Origin: Macrostomum lignano
Lineage: Eukaryota
Length of the DNA stretch: 64,000 nt
Assembly: GCA_002269645.1 (NCBI GenBank)
Contig: NIVC01000702.1
Location: 186,001 to 250,000, forward strand
Direction of reading: 5' to 3'
The notes beneath the pieces are model-generated. The model was not told where the DNA came from. It did no database searches and saw nothing but the letters and a program-made list of their open reading frames with translations. Made by a program: the position numbers and the translations under genes. This document shows, piece after piece, positions 37,194 to 48,300 of this stretch (within the stretch, counting starts at the first letter, position 1; each line of letters begins with the position of its first letter).

Positions 37194-38714
37194 CTAGAGC
37201 CCAGGGCCATCAAGGAGACTTGGACAACAGATCGTCCTCGTCCCAGGCCGCTGGGGCTTGACTGGGAGATGGGAGTTGGTCGACGTCCATGGCCTCCTCA
37301 CCCCCACCGGCCCCCCAGCAGAGTCCTCAGGCTCCGATGACAGGATGGAGGAAGCTTCCTCACCTGCATCTTTACCTTCAGACCCCACCAAGGTGGCCAA
37401 GGAGAGCTCGGATTCCAAAGACCCGGCCTCGTCCTCAACTCCTTCTCCGACTGGTAGGTTTGGTTCCCGGGGCTCGGCCGGAGCCGTTACCGCGGTCGCC
37501 GAACTGCTGCTAGCAGAGGGGCGAGATGCAGCTTTGGCTTTGGGATCGGCTTGCGCCTTTCCTTGGGCCTTAGACTGCGCCCCGCTCTTGCCGGAGATGC
37601 CGGGGTTGGCAGTAGCCTTCCCTTTGGCAGACTTTCCTCGGCGCAACTTGAGCTTGAGGGCACCCAGCTGGAAAGAGGATCCATTAGGGTACCGACTCGC
37701 CCAAGTGCTGGAAAGGCCGAGGACAATTGAGTTGCCCGTCTCCCCCCTGCGGACTTTGCGGTGATACACCAGTCCACTAGCAGGGAGGTCGGGGTTCAGA
37801 CGCAGTAGAACCCGGCGAATAACGTCTGGTCCAGCTGCGGTGCTCTTAGCAGGGACAAAAACCACATAGGGTATCGTCTTTGGACGCTGGCCCTCGCGAA
37901 GAAAAAGAGCTCCACCAAGGTCAGCATCCAAGGAGACCGTCGGTAGCCGCTGGAGCAGCCGCCGAGCGTCCTCCTCGCTGCTAGGAGCAATAAGAACGAA
38001 TGTGCTTCGCAGCACCATCCGCTCAACGCCGATGGAGATTCCCTCCTCGACAGTCAGCTCAATCAGATAGGAGTCAACAGCACTCCACACTTTTTGAAGC
38101 TGATCAGTGGTCCAGTCCTGGTTGCGACCTTGGATGATCACTCCCGGGATTTTGGCCTTGGCCTTCGCCGCAAAGGTAGCTCCCGAAGGAACCTCCTTGT
38201 TGGCAGTGGCCATTTGTTGCGCCGTGGTTTCAGCCTCAGCAGCCGCGGCAGCAGCTCCAGGGAGCGCCGCCGCTGAACTACTGGAGCTTCCACCGGCCGG
38301 CCCGCCTGGTTGCCTTGGGACTCCAGTCGCTTCAGCATCCATGGTGGACGCCGCCGCTTTGGCCCCCGCAGCTCCCTTCTTGGCCTGCCTTTTGGCGCGT
38401 TGTTTAGCGCGTTTGCGCTCAAGCCAAGCCCGCTGAGCTTCATCGGATCTGCCAGATTTGGCCGGTCCTTTAGGCTCAGAGCTCGCGGTTCCCTTAGATC
38501 CACCAGCAGAGCTGGCAGGTCTTAGGGTATTTTGAGTTTGGTAGCTCTGGTCGGATCTGCCAGCAGAGCCAGCCGGTCCTTTCTTTGCCACAGTTGAATC
38601 AGTCGGTTGGGATCTGCCAGCAGGGCCGGCCGGTCCTTCGGACTGAGGTTGGGGTTTAGAAGGGTCCCCGTCCCTAGAAATAGCTTGTTTATCCATAGTC
38701 GGCTCGAAGGCCAT
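37194..38714 (-). CDS. LINE ORF1 (gag-like nucleic-acid-binding protein); no CCHC knuckle seen
   Basis: Long ORF directly upstream of the APE ORF; first ATG at 38714 (MAFEPTMDK); basic/low-complexity N-terminus and a structured core (LLRLNPDL..). The C-terminal frame differs from copy A by one C in a homopolymer. Confidence 0.8.
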   Translation of the reverse strand: MAFEPTMDKQAISRDGDPSKPQPQSEGPAGPAGRSQPTDSTVAKKGPAGSAGRSDQSYQTQNTLRPASSAGGSKGTASSEPKGPAKSGRSDEAQRAWLERKRAKQRAKRQAKKGAAGAKAAASTMDAEATGVPRQPGGPAGGSSSSSAAALPGAAAAAAEAETTAQQMATANKEVPSGATFAAKAKAKIPGVIIQGRNQDWTTDQLQKVWSAVDSYLIELTVEEGISIGVERMVLRSTFVLIAPSSEEDARRLLQRLPTVSLDADLGGALFLREGQRPKTIPYVVFVPAKSTAAGPDVIRRVLLRLNPDLPASGLVYHRKVRRGETGNSIVLGLSSTWASRYPNGSSFQLGALKLKLRRGKSAKGKATANPGISGKSGAQSKAQGKAQADPKAKAASRPSASSSSATAVTAPAEPREPNLPVGEGVEDEAGSLESELSLATLVGSEGKDAGEEASSILSSEPEDSAGGPVGVRRPWTSTNSHLPVKPQRPGTRTICCPSLLDGPGL

Positions 38715-39898
38715 GATAAAAGGTTGGTGGGCTACCCTCAAAGGGGCGCGGTACCCACCCGGCCGCTCCACCTGACCAGGCAGTAGGCCAATAGCACCCT
38801 CAAGGCTGGCCCGACACCAGGAGGGGGACCGCTTGCAACCGGACTACTCCCCGGCCTTCCAGCCCATCGGCACGGTCAACACCTTAGGCATTAGAGAGTA
38901 CGTTGAGCAGTACCACGGCCTGCAGGTTGGCGAGCCAGACCCGCATACCCAAATTCGGCCGAAGCCACTGGATAGGGTCGCCAGCGCCGGAGCCCAGTCT
39001 GTCCAGCAGCCCTAGGGACTGCCTTGAACACACGCGGGGACGAGTACCCTGGGTCGACTTGCGAGACAGCGTGGGGGGGGGTCTGCGGCTGCCAGAGGCA
39101 AATAGAGGGTGCAGACCTCCCACCAGCCTTGACCTGCTGAAGATAGGGGCAGGCGTGAAGCATCGCAGACCTTAGCCCATGGGCCTAGTCTGTCTCATAC
39201 TTCACTGGCATGCTGAATACGCCTTCGCGTGCCGCCGAAATAACATCCATCAAAATTTTTGTTGTGCGCCGCGTGCGCCGAGAAAAAAAAATTACTTGTG
39301 CACCATGCGCCAAGAAAAATACACTTGAAAAAGCACCATCAAGTATTAAGTATCTAAATTGAATCAATACCAATGGAAGTTCAAGCAGTTCAATCATAGC
39401 TTCTATTTGTAAAATATAAGCAAAAAGACGCAACAAAAGCCGCGAAAGGCACAAATTTGTTAAGTTTGTTAAGTCGATTAATGAAATTTGAAATAGAAAC
39501 AACATTGGAAATAACGACTATCGTATCGACTATCGTTTATTTTATTGATTGATTGACATTTAATATACGTTTTTTTATTATTCATTATTATATTGTCACG
39601 TACACTGACGTACCTTGTGCGCCATGCGCCGAGCCATGCACCGATGCACCGAGCCATGCGCCGATGCGCTGAGCCCATGCGCGCAGCGCAGTGAAGTGTG
39701 CGCCGGCAAATTGCTGATTTGCGCCGGAAAATTCCGAGGATTCTACCGTCTTCCTGGCTGTGGGATGGCTGAAAACTCAAATGTGGGACCTATAGTCTAG
39801 ATCATGCTGGGTGCACACCCAAACAAAAATTGAATAATTACAAATGCATGCCGAAAAAACCTTGGAAATCACCTGGTCATTTCTATTGGCAACAGTAC

Positions 39899-39976
39899 CA
39901 CACACATGTAAGTCACTATTGACTGAGAGCAGTCATGTAACTACTATTCTGTCCAGTAGTCACTTACATGTGTGTG
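39899..39976. other. ~78-nt hairpin / inverted repeat
   Basis: cacacacatgtaagt (39899-39913) is the exact reverse complement of acttacatgtgtgtg (39962-39976); pairing extends ~10 bp further inward with mismatches. Confidence 0.75.
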
Positions 39977-40637
39977 TGTGTGTGTGTGTGTATGTTACCA
40001 ATAGAAACAGCCAAGTGAATCCCAAGGTTACGCCCAAGCATGAATCTTAACCCTAGCCACTGAATCCTGAGAGTTGAGCTCTATTTGACAAAGAAAATTT
40101 TTTTTCATTTTTTGATCATTTTTAGTTTCACAGAGAGGATTTCTATTTTGTGAAGAGGATTTTGATTTTTTTCAATTTAATAGAAAATATTTTGATGGAT
40201 TTGGAGAAAAGTTAGATGATAGGATTTGGGTCATGTGATTCATCTGATGGAGTTCAAACAATAGAATTCTAGTAATGGGAGTTCTTCCCCTTTCTCTTCC
40301 AACAGAGGAGTTGACCTCATAATCTCTAAAAGTATAAACTATATTAAAAACCATATTATATAACTAGGGCCTATCTAAAACCAGGCAACATCTAAAAATA
40401 TTAATATAAAAAAATAATTTCTAAGTATTATATACTTGTTAATATTAGTACTTAGTTTGGCACTCATTGTAGGCACTTATAAAATCTATCTATAGGCCAA
40501 AATGAAAGCCAATACCCAATTCCAGAAAGTTATATATGTGCTAGAAAATTCTAGCATCCAAATGACCCCCTCATTTTTGATATGCAAATTCATGCCATTT
40601 TTGGAATAAAAATTTATGCCTTTTTTATCCAGTCCTA

Positions 40638-40906
40638 GAGTTCTGGCGCCGGAACCCATTTTCTAAGGGCTATGGATCCAGCAATGAAATTCCAGTAGTG
40701 CAATTTATGGGTATAATATAGCAGAAACATTTTTACTTTTTAATGGGTGGTTGACATGGAGATTTTGTTCTATATAAGCTAAAAACAAAATGACGAGATT
40801 CAAAACAAGATACTTCTAATGTTCAAGGACTTCATTAGTAGATAACTGCCTACAGAAGACTGCCAGATCTATAGCCATTAGAAAATGGGTTCCAGTGCCA
40901 GAACTC
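40638..40906. mobile_element. MITE-like ~270-bp element with 41-bp imperfect terminal inverted repeats
   Basis: gagttctggcgccggaacccattttctaagggctatggatc versus reverse complement of 40866-40906, gagttctggcactggaacccattttctaatggctatagatc (4 mismatches); no clean TSD. Confidence 0.6.
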
Positions 40907-41675
40907 TTAGCCATTACCACAAATTTTATTGAACAAATTTATGTTATATATGAAAAATTTTGTGTAAATAAATGTGTTTAATGTGAAATAAAGAAACTCT
41001 GTATACTCTAAAAAGTTGGTAATGAACTTTGTTTTAATATTAAATAAGACTAGTAAAAATTATTGATAAAAGTTTTTTATGCATCATTTTTTCAGAATTA
41101 TTATTTAATTTTGTTTAAGATCAATAAATTTATAATTTTAAAAAGACCTTTGTTATAATTTAACCTTTTTATAAAACTCAACTTGTAAAAAACCAAATTA
41201 CTTATTTAGGAGAAATTTTAGGCATACAATTTATTGAAATTTTCAATTTTTGGTCTTTACTGGCATATATTTAGCAGAACGAAAATGAGTATGTGCAATG
41301 CCAAAATAAGTGCCTGTGATACCAGAATAAGCATTGACAACATTGATTCTAAAAATATATATATATATATGTAGGAATGTAGGCATGTATATATACTATA
41401 ACATCCATGGCAATGCCCTTGTTTTAAAGGTTAATGCATATATGTTACAGGTCTAAAATATATATTTCTTTATTGTGAAGGTTATTTGCATTTTCCAAAT
41501 ATATTTTAGAACTTTCAGTATTCACTACCAAATTATAACTTTTTGTAAAATAAGAATATCAAAAAATAAACTAGATATGATGAATAAAATACATTTTTAT
41601 AATATTTAAACATTAGTGCAAGATTGGATCTGGTCAAGTTTAGAGTTAAGGAAATTTTCTATTTTTTCAGCAATA

Positions 41676-43737
41676 ATGTCCGATCAAGCAGCTGTAGAAC
41701 AACCAAACAACGGCGATGCCACAGATGCTGGGTCCAGCATCTTCAAGCGCTCTAGCCAGGTGCAGCCAGCATTTCCTCAGCCTCTGCCAACTGCTGCTCT
41801 AGAAGACATTGATGTTGAGTACAAGATGGACCATCCCAGTAGGGGATTTTGTCTGATCTTTAATCACGTGAGTTTCACTTGTTTTATCTGAATAGGAATA
41901 GCTGTCTAGCGCTTTTGTCTGTGTCCAGCTGTCTTAGTGTGTCTGTCTGTCTGTCTGTCCATCTCTTAGTGTGTCTGTCTGTCTGTCTGTCTTAGTGCCT
42001 GTCTGTCTATCTGTCTTAGTGCCTGTCTGTCTGTCTGTCTTAGTGCCTGTCTGTCTATCTGTCTTAGTGCCTGTCTGTCTGTCTGTCTTAGTGCCTGTCT
42101 GTCTATCTGTCTTAGTGCCTGTCTGTCTATCTGTCTTAGTGCCTGTCTGTCTGTCTGTCTTAGTGCCTGTCTGTCTGTCTGTCTTAGTGCCCGTCTTAGG
42201 TCCTGTCTGTCTATATGTCTTAGGGCCTGTCTCTCTGTCTGCCTGCCTGATATGATATTTATTAATGCGTATCTACTTCATGTTCTAATTCATTTTGGTT
42301 CTTCCAGCATTTCAATAATATAGCGTATATTGTCTGCAACAGCTAAAAAAGAATCGGTCGCACTCAAACAGGTGGACTTCGACTCAACCCGCCAGCCGAC
42401 CCGCGAGGGCTCCGACGTGGACGCCAGCAACATTGAGAACTCGTTTCGTCGTCTGGGCTTCGATGTTCGAACTTTTCGCGACCTGACAGCCTCGAGCCTG
42501 CTGGATGTTCTGCGCGAGTTCCGCCTCAAAAATCATTCCAATAACGATTGTTTTGCTGTAGTGTTGCTGTCTCACGGATATGAGGGCCACTTCTACGCCA
42601 AGGACAGGGACTTGCCTATCGACTTTGTTGTTCGACAGTTCAAACCGGACGCTTGCAAAACTTTGGCTGGCAAGCCGAAGCTGTTCTTCATCCAGGTATG
42701 TCTTCTGCTGGGATTCTGAGGTTAGGTTAGCTGGGATCTTGAAAATTTAAGCAATTTGTTTCTTAAATCTCAGAATGGGATTGGGGATCTCGGAATGGAA
42801 TTGGGGCTCTCTGAATGGTATTGGGGATCTCAGAATGGGATTGGGGATCTCAGAATGGGATTGGGGATCTCAGAATGGGATTAGGAATCTCAAAATGGTT
42901 TTGGGGATCTCAGAATGGGATTGGGGATCTCAAAATGTGATTGGGGATCTCAGAATGGGATTAGGGATCTTAAAATGGGATTGGGATCTCTGAATGAGAT
43001 TGGGGGTCTCAGAATGGGATTGGGATCTCAGAATGGGTTTGGTGATCTCAGAATGGGATTAGGAATCTCAGAATGGGATTAGGAATCTCAGAATGGGATT
43101 AGGGATCTCAGAATGGGATTAGGAATCTCAGAATGGGATTAGGAATCTCAGAATGGGATTAGGAATCTCAGAATGGGATTAGGAATCTCAGAATGGGATT
43201 GGGGATCTCAGAATGGGATTAGGGATCTCAGAATGGGATTGGTGATCTCAGAATGGGATTGGGGATCTCAGAATGGGATTGGGGATATTTAGGAAGGCTT
43301 TCATCATCCATCCCAATTAACGTCAGGCCTGCCGCGGTGACAACTTTGATCGAGGCGTTGAAGTCACCGACGGCGAAGACGACACCCTGGACGCTCTGCC
43401 ACCAGCTGGCGTTGGCGTCGGCAGCGGCGCTGGCATCAGCGGGCCGTTCCGAGTGCCGCTCGAGTCGGATTTCTTCTTCTTCTACTCGACCCCGCCCGGC
43501 TACTTCAGCTGGAGGAACAGCCACAGAGGCAGCTGGTTTGGGCAGCAGCTGACGGCTCTGCTGGATCGCCACGGTGACCGCATGGAGCTGCAGCATCTCA
43601 TGCTGATGGTGCAACGCCTGGTGTCTTCGGCCTACGCCAGCGACACGGGAGACCCGAAGAGCACAGGGATGAAGCAGATGCCAGTGACTGTTAGCCAGCT
43701 TAGGAAACTGCTGTACTTCAGACCTAAGCAGCATTGA
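41676..43737 (+). CDS. CASP3/7-like: Effector caspase (caspase-3/7-like), ~308 aa, exons 41676-41867, 42372-42695, 43327-43737
   Basis: [30 protein letters not shown] (catalytic His), KPKLFFIQ|ACRG (catalytic Cys), [27 protein letters not shown]; phase-0 GT-AG junctions in frame. Confidence 0.95.
41925..42245. repeat. 24-bp unit (gtctgtctgtctgtcttagtgcct) in caspase intron 1
   Basis: Direct. Confidence 0.93.
42772..43290. repeat. 20-bp minisatellite (gatctcagaatgggattggg) in caspase intron 2
   Basis: Direct. Confidence 0.94.
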
Positions 43738-44549
43738 AGCCGGCATGCGACATTCTTGACTAACTATTTTTTTTATTGCAAACAGCCTTTTGCAATCAAT
43801 TTTCCAGTGCACTGCACCACAATCAACCTCTCAGAAAAGCTTCTGCACTGACTGATGTCAGTATAGCTTGGCCATAGACAAAATTCCGCTCCTTTTTGCA
43901 TGGAGTCGATTTCGGTTTGGGCCATAGACTACTATTGAGTAGGCGAAGCCTCAGATTCTCCGTGTCCAGTTTTGAAAGCTGCGAGTGGAAAATCGACTGC
44001 AAAAAAGGCGATATTACCAGTAATTTGATTAACTATTTATTGCCATAGACACTGATATGATCAACGCCAAAAAGTTATGTATCTTTATTTTCTTTTGATA
44101 TTTAATAGGTTTTGAGATTATTAAATACAGCTGATATAATTTAAAATCTCTATGGTATTTATATTGTTCCTGTTTGTGTGTATTCAGAATTTATCTCCAA
44201 ATATTTAAGCTTATTTACCCTTCTCATACGAGCTATAACGTTTTCATAAGCTTTTAGTTCGAGGTGCCTTTGCTTGTACTAAATTACTGGTAAATTGTTT
44301 ATTTACCTTTACTAAGAGTAATTATATGTAATTAACTGTTTTCTGAAAATTCAGCTTAAGTTAGAATTTTTATTAGTTAAATATAATTCACTAGTAATGC
44401 TCTTTTTAAGTGCTTTTTTATCTGCTTCCCATCTAAATAGTGTTGACCCATGTTTACTTGTTTATTGTGGGTTTAAAATGTCTTTACGAAAATTGTTTTA
44501 GAAATTTAAAGTTTTTAAGAACTGGTTAAAATAAAGGGGTCAGTGTTTT

Positions 44550-45235
44550 AAGTAATTCTTGTCAGGTGAGGACAGTGTCTTGAGTAATTCTTGTCAGGTG
44601 AGGTCAGTGTCTTGAGTAATTCTTGTCAGGTGAGGTCAGTGTCTTGAGTAATTCTTGTCAGGTGAGGTCAATGTCTTGAGTAATTCTTGTCAGGTGAGGT
44701 CAATGTCTTGAGTAATTCTTGTCAGGTGAGGTCAATGTCTTGAGTAATTCTTGTCAGGTGAGGTCAATGTCTTGAGTAATTCTTGTCAGGTGAGGTCAAT
44801 GTCTTGAGTAATTCTTGTCAGGTGAGGTCAGTGTCTTTAGTAATTCTTGTCAGGTGAGGACAGTGTCTTGAGTAATTCTTGTCAGGTGAGGTCAGTGTCT
44901 TGAGTAATTCTTGTCAGGTGAGGACAGTGTCTTGAGTAATTCTTGTCAGGTGAGGTCAATGTCTTGAGTAATTCTTGTCAGGTGAGGTCAATGTCTTGAG
45001 TAATTCTTGTCAGGTGAGGTCAATGTCTTGAGTAATTCTTGTCAGGTGAGGTCAGTGTCTTTAGTAATTCTTGTCAGGTGAGGACAGTGTCTTTAGTAAT
45101 TCTTGTCAGGTGAGGACGTGAGGTCAATGTCTTTAGTAATTCTTGTCAGGTGAGGTTAGTGGGTCAGTGTTTTAAGTACTTGTCAGGTGAGGTCAGAGGG
45201 GTCAGTGTTTTAAGTACTTCTTGTCAGGCGAGGTC
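44550..45235. repeat. 32-bp minisatellite (gtcttgagtaattcttgtcaggtgaggtcaat) between the caspase and RBM48
   Basis: Period 32 at 44701/44733. Confidence 0.95.
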
Positions 45236-45369
45236 AGGGATCAATCTCCAGAGTACCTCCTGTCAGAAGTTTCTGTGATGTTATGTAACTCTAGTTGGGT
45301 TAGTGATAAAAATCACAAAAAATCGTTACGATTGCTAAGCTCTCAACTGCTGAGATCTCAAATTTCTTC

Positions 45370-48300
45370 ATGTCCGCTGACAACCAGCAGCGGCGCCCGC
45401 TGCCCAGGCATCACGCCAAGCAGGGACCCTGCCTTAACCGGCCTCCTTATAGGGATGGCAGGCGTAAGACTGCCGTTAAGGTGAGGATGGGACAATTATA
45501 CCTATATTTGAGCTTAAAGAGACTCTGATTGGTCAGGAGATTCTCTGATTGGTCAGGAGATTCTCCGATAGGTCATGCGATTCTCTGATTGGTCAGGAGA
45601 TTCTCTGATTGGTCAGGAGATTCGCTCATTGGTCAGGAGATTCGCTGATTGGTCAGGTGATTCTCTGATTAGTCAGGCGATTCTCTGATTGGTCAGGCGA
45701 TTCTCTGATTAGTCAGGCGATTCTCTGATTGGTCAGGCGATTCTCTGATTAGTCAGGCGATTCTCTGATTGGTCAGGCGATTCTCTGATTGTTCAGGCGA
45801 TTCTCCGATGGTCAGGCGATTCTCTGATTAGTCAGGCGATTCTCTGATTGGTCAGGCGATTCTCCGATAGGTCAGGCGATTCTCTGATTGGTCAGGCGAT
45901 TCTCCGATAGTCAGGCGATTCGCTGATTGGTCAGGCGATTCTCTGATTGGTCAGTATATTCTCTGATTGGTCAGGCGATTCTCTGATTAGTCAGGCGATT
46001 CTCTGATTGGTCAGGCGATTCTCTGATTAGTCAGGCGATTCTCTGATTGGTCAGGCGATTCTCCGATAGGTCAGGCGATTCTCTGATTGGTCAGGCGATT
46101 CTCCGATAGTCAGGCGATTCGCTGATTGGTCAGGCGATTCTCTGATTGGTCAGTATATTCTCTGATTGGTCAGGAGATTCTTTGATTGGCCGGAAGTGAA
46201 AGTGGGTAAAGAAAGTGGGGGTTTAAAGGTTGGCAATAGGGAATTTGAATTTTGGGAATGAGGATTTAAAAATCCCCCTAACCCCCTACAAGGCCTACTG
46301 CATCTCAGACGAGTCTCAGTACCTGCAAATCTACGGTGTGCCGGCCATCGGTCTGACAGATCACGTGACCCGCTCGGCCAGTCGCTTTGGCCCAGTGGAA
46401 TCGGTGACCCGTTTGGACTGTTCCGCGTCTGTTGCAACATCTGCACCATCAACTAGTCAAAATAGCCAACTTGTTGAAGCCTTCACCGATACATTTCTGA
46501 TTAAATTTGTCAGGATTAATAGTGCAAGGTTAGTGGCTCTTTATTTTATTGTTTATTAATTAAATTTTATTTAATATCATCAATATAAGCTGCATGTACT
46601 CCAGACTCTACCGGAAGCCTACACGAGTACCTAGAAATTAATGGTACCCTTTTTAAAAATGTTGTTTGCAGATTATCAAAGGGCGTAGATTAACAAATAT
46701 CTAACCCATTTTCTCCACTGTTTCTTGTGTTTCATTTTTGAATAGAGGGCTAGTTATCAAATAAACTTCTGGGGCAGTTTCTAAACATTCCTTATTAAAG
46801 TATCGATGTCTCTGATCAATCTATAGATGTCTCTAGTCAGTCTGTAGATATTCCTGATCGATCTATAGATATCTCTGATCAGTCTGTAGATATTCCTGAT
46901 CAATCTATAGATGTCTCTGATCAATATGTAGATATTCCTGATCAATCTATAGATATCTCTGATCAGTCTATAGATATCTCTGATCAATCTATAGATATCT
47001 CTGATCAATATGTAGATATTCCTGATCAATCTATAGATGTCTCTGATCAATATGTAGATATCCCTGATCAATCTATAGATATCTCTGATCAGTCTATAGA
47101 TATCTCTGATCAATCTATAGATATCTCTGATCAATATGTAGATATTCCTGATCAATCTATAGATATCTCTGATCAATATGTAGATATTCCTGATCAATCT
47201 ATAGATGTCTCTGATCAGTCTGTAGATATTCCTGATCAATCTATAGATATCTCTGATCAGTCTATAGATATCTCTGATCAATCTATAGATATCTCTGATC
47301 AATATGTAGATATTCCTGATCAATCTATAGATGTCTCTAGTCAGTCTGTAGATATTCCTGATCAATCTATAGATATCTCTGATCAGTCTATAGATATTCC
47401 TGATCAATCTATAGATATCTCTGATCAATATGTAGATATTCCTGATCAATCTATAGATATCTCTGATCAATATGTAGATATTCCTGATCAATCTATAGAT
47501 GTCTCTGATCAGTCTATAGATATCTCTGATCAATCTATAGATATCTCTGATCAGTCTATAGATATCTCTGATCAATCTATAGATATCTCTGATCAATATG
47601 TAGATATTCCTGATCAATCTATAGATATCTCTGATCAATATGTAGATATTCCTGATCAATCTATAGATGTCTCTGATCAGTCTATAGATATCTCTGATCA
47701 ATCTATAGATATCTCTGATCAATATGTAGATATTCCTGATCAATCTATAGATATCTCTGATCAGTCTATAGATATCTCTGATCAATCTATAGATATCTCT
47801 GATCAATATGTAGATATTCCTGATCAATCTATAGATGTCTCTGATCAGTCTATAGATATCTCTGATCAATCTATAGATATCTCTGATCAGTCTATAGATA
47901 TCTCTGATCAATCTATAGATATCTCTGATCAATATGTAGATATTCCTGATCAATCTATAGATATCTCTGATCAATATGTAGATATTCCTGATCAATCTAT
48001 AGATGTCTCTGATCAGTCTGTAGATATCTCTGATCAATATATAAATATTCCTGATCAATCTATAGATGTCTCTGATCAGTCTGTAGATATCTCTGATCAA
48101 TATATAAATATTCCTGATCAATCTATAGATGTCTCTGATCAGTCTGTAGATATCTCTGATCAATATATAAATATTCCTGATCAATCTATAGATGTCTCTG
48201 ATCAGTCTGTAGATATCTCTGATCAATATATAAATATTCCTGATCAATCTATAGATGTCTCTGATCAGTCTGTAGATATTCCTGATCAATCTATAGATGT

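Larger units (their letters stand above)
19388..37473. repeat. Near-identical tandem duplication, unit ~9.04 kb (copy A 19388-28432, copy B 28432-37473)
   Basis: cgccagccagtaatcgatcgatc at both 19388 and 28432; identical ORFs offset by 9044/9042; copy A breaks inside LINE ORF1 at ttcccgggg-c. Confidence 0.96.
33335..39228 (-). mobile_element. Full-length (~5.9 kb) LOA/R1-like non-LTR retrotransposon, copy B: 5' UTR, ORF1, ORF2, 3' UTR and short repeat tail
   Basis: Domain motifs as above; imperfect TSD gtgcgccggaataac (33320-33334) / gtgccgccgaaataac (39229-39244). Confidence 0.9.
33297..39763. mobile_element. Small (~0.56 kb) non-autonomous hAT-like DNA transposon split by the LINE insertion (left end 33297-33334, remainder ~39229-39763; a second left end at 24253)
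   Basis: TIRs ccatggtcaggaaggtg versus reverse complement ccacagccaggaagacg (all mismatches are transitions); 8-bp TSD gatagctg / gatggctg; many subterminal TGCGCC(G) motifs. Confidence 0.65.
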
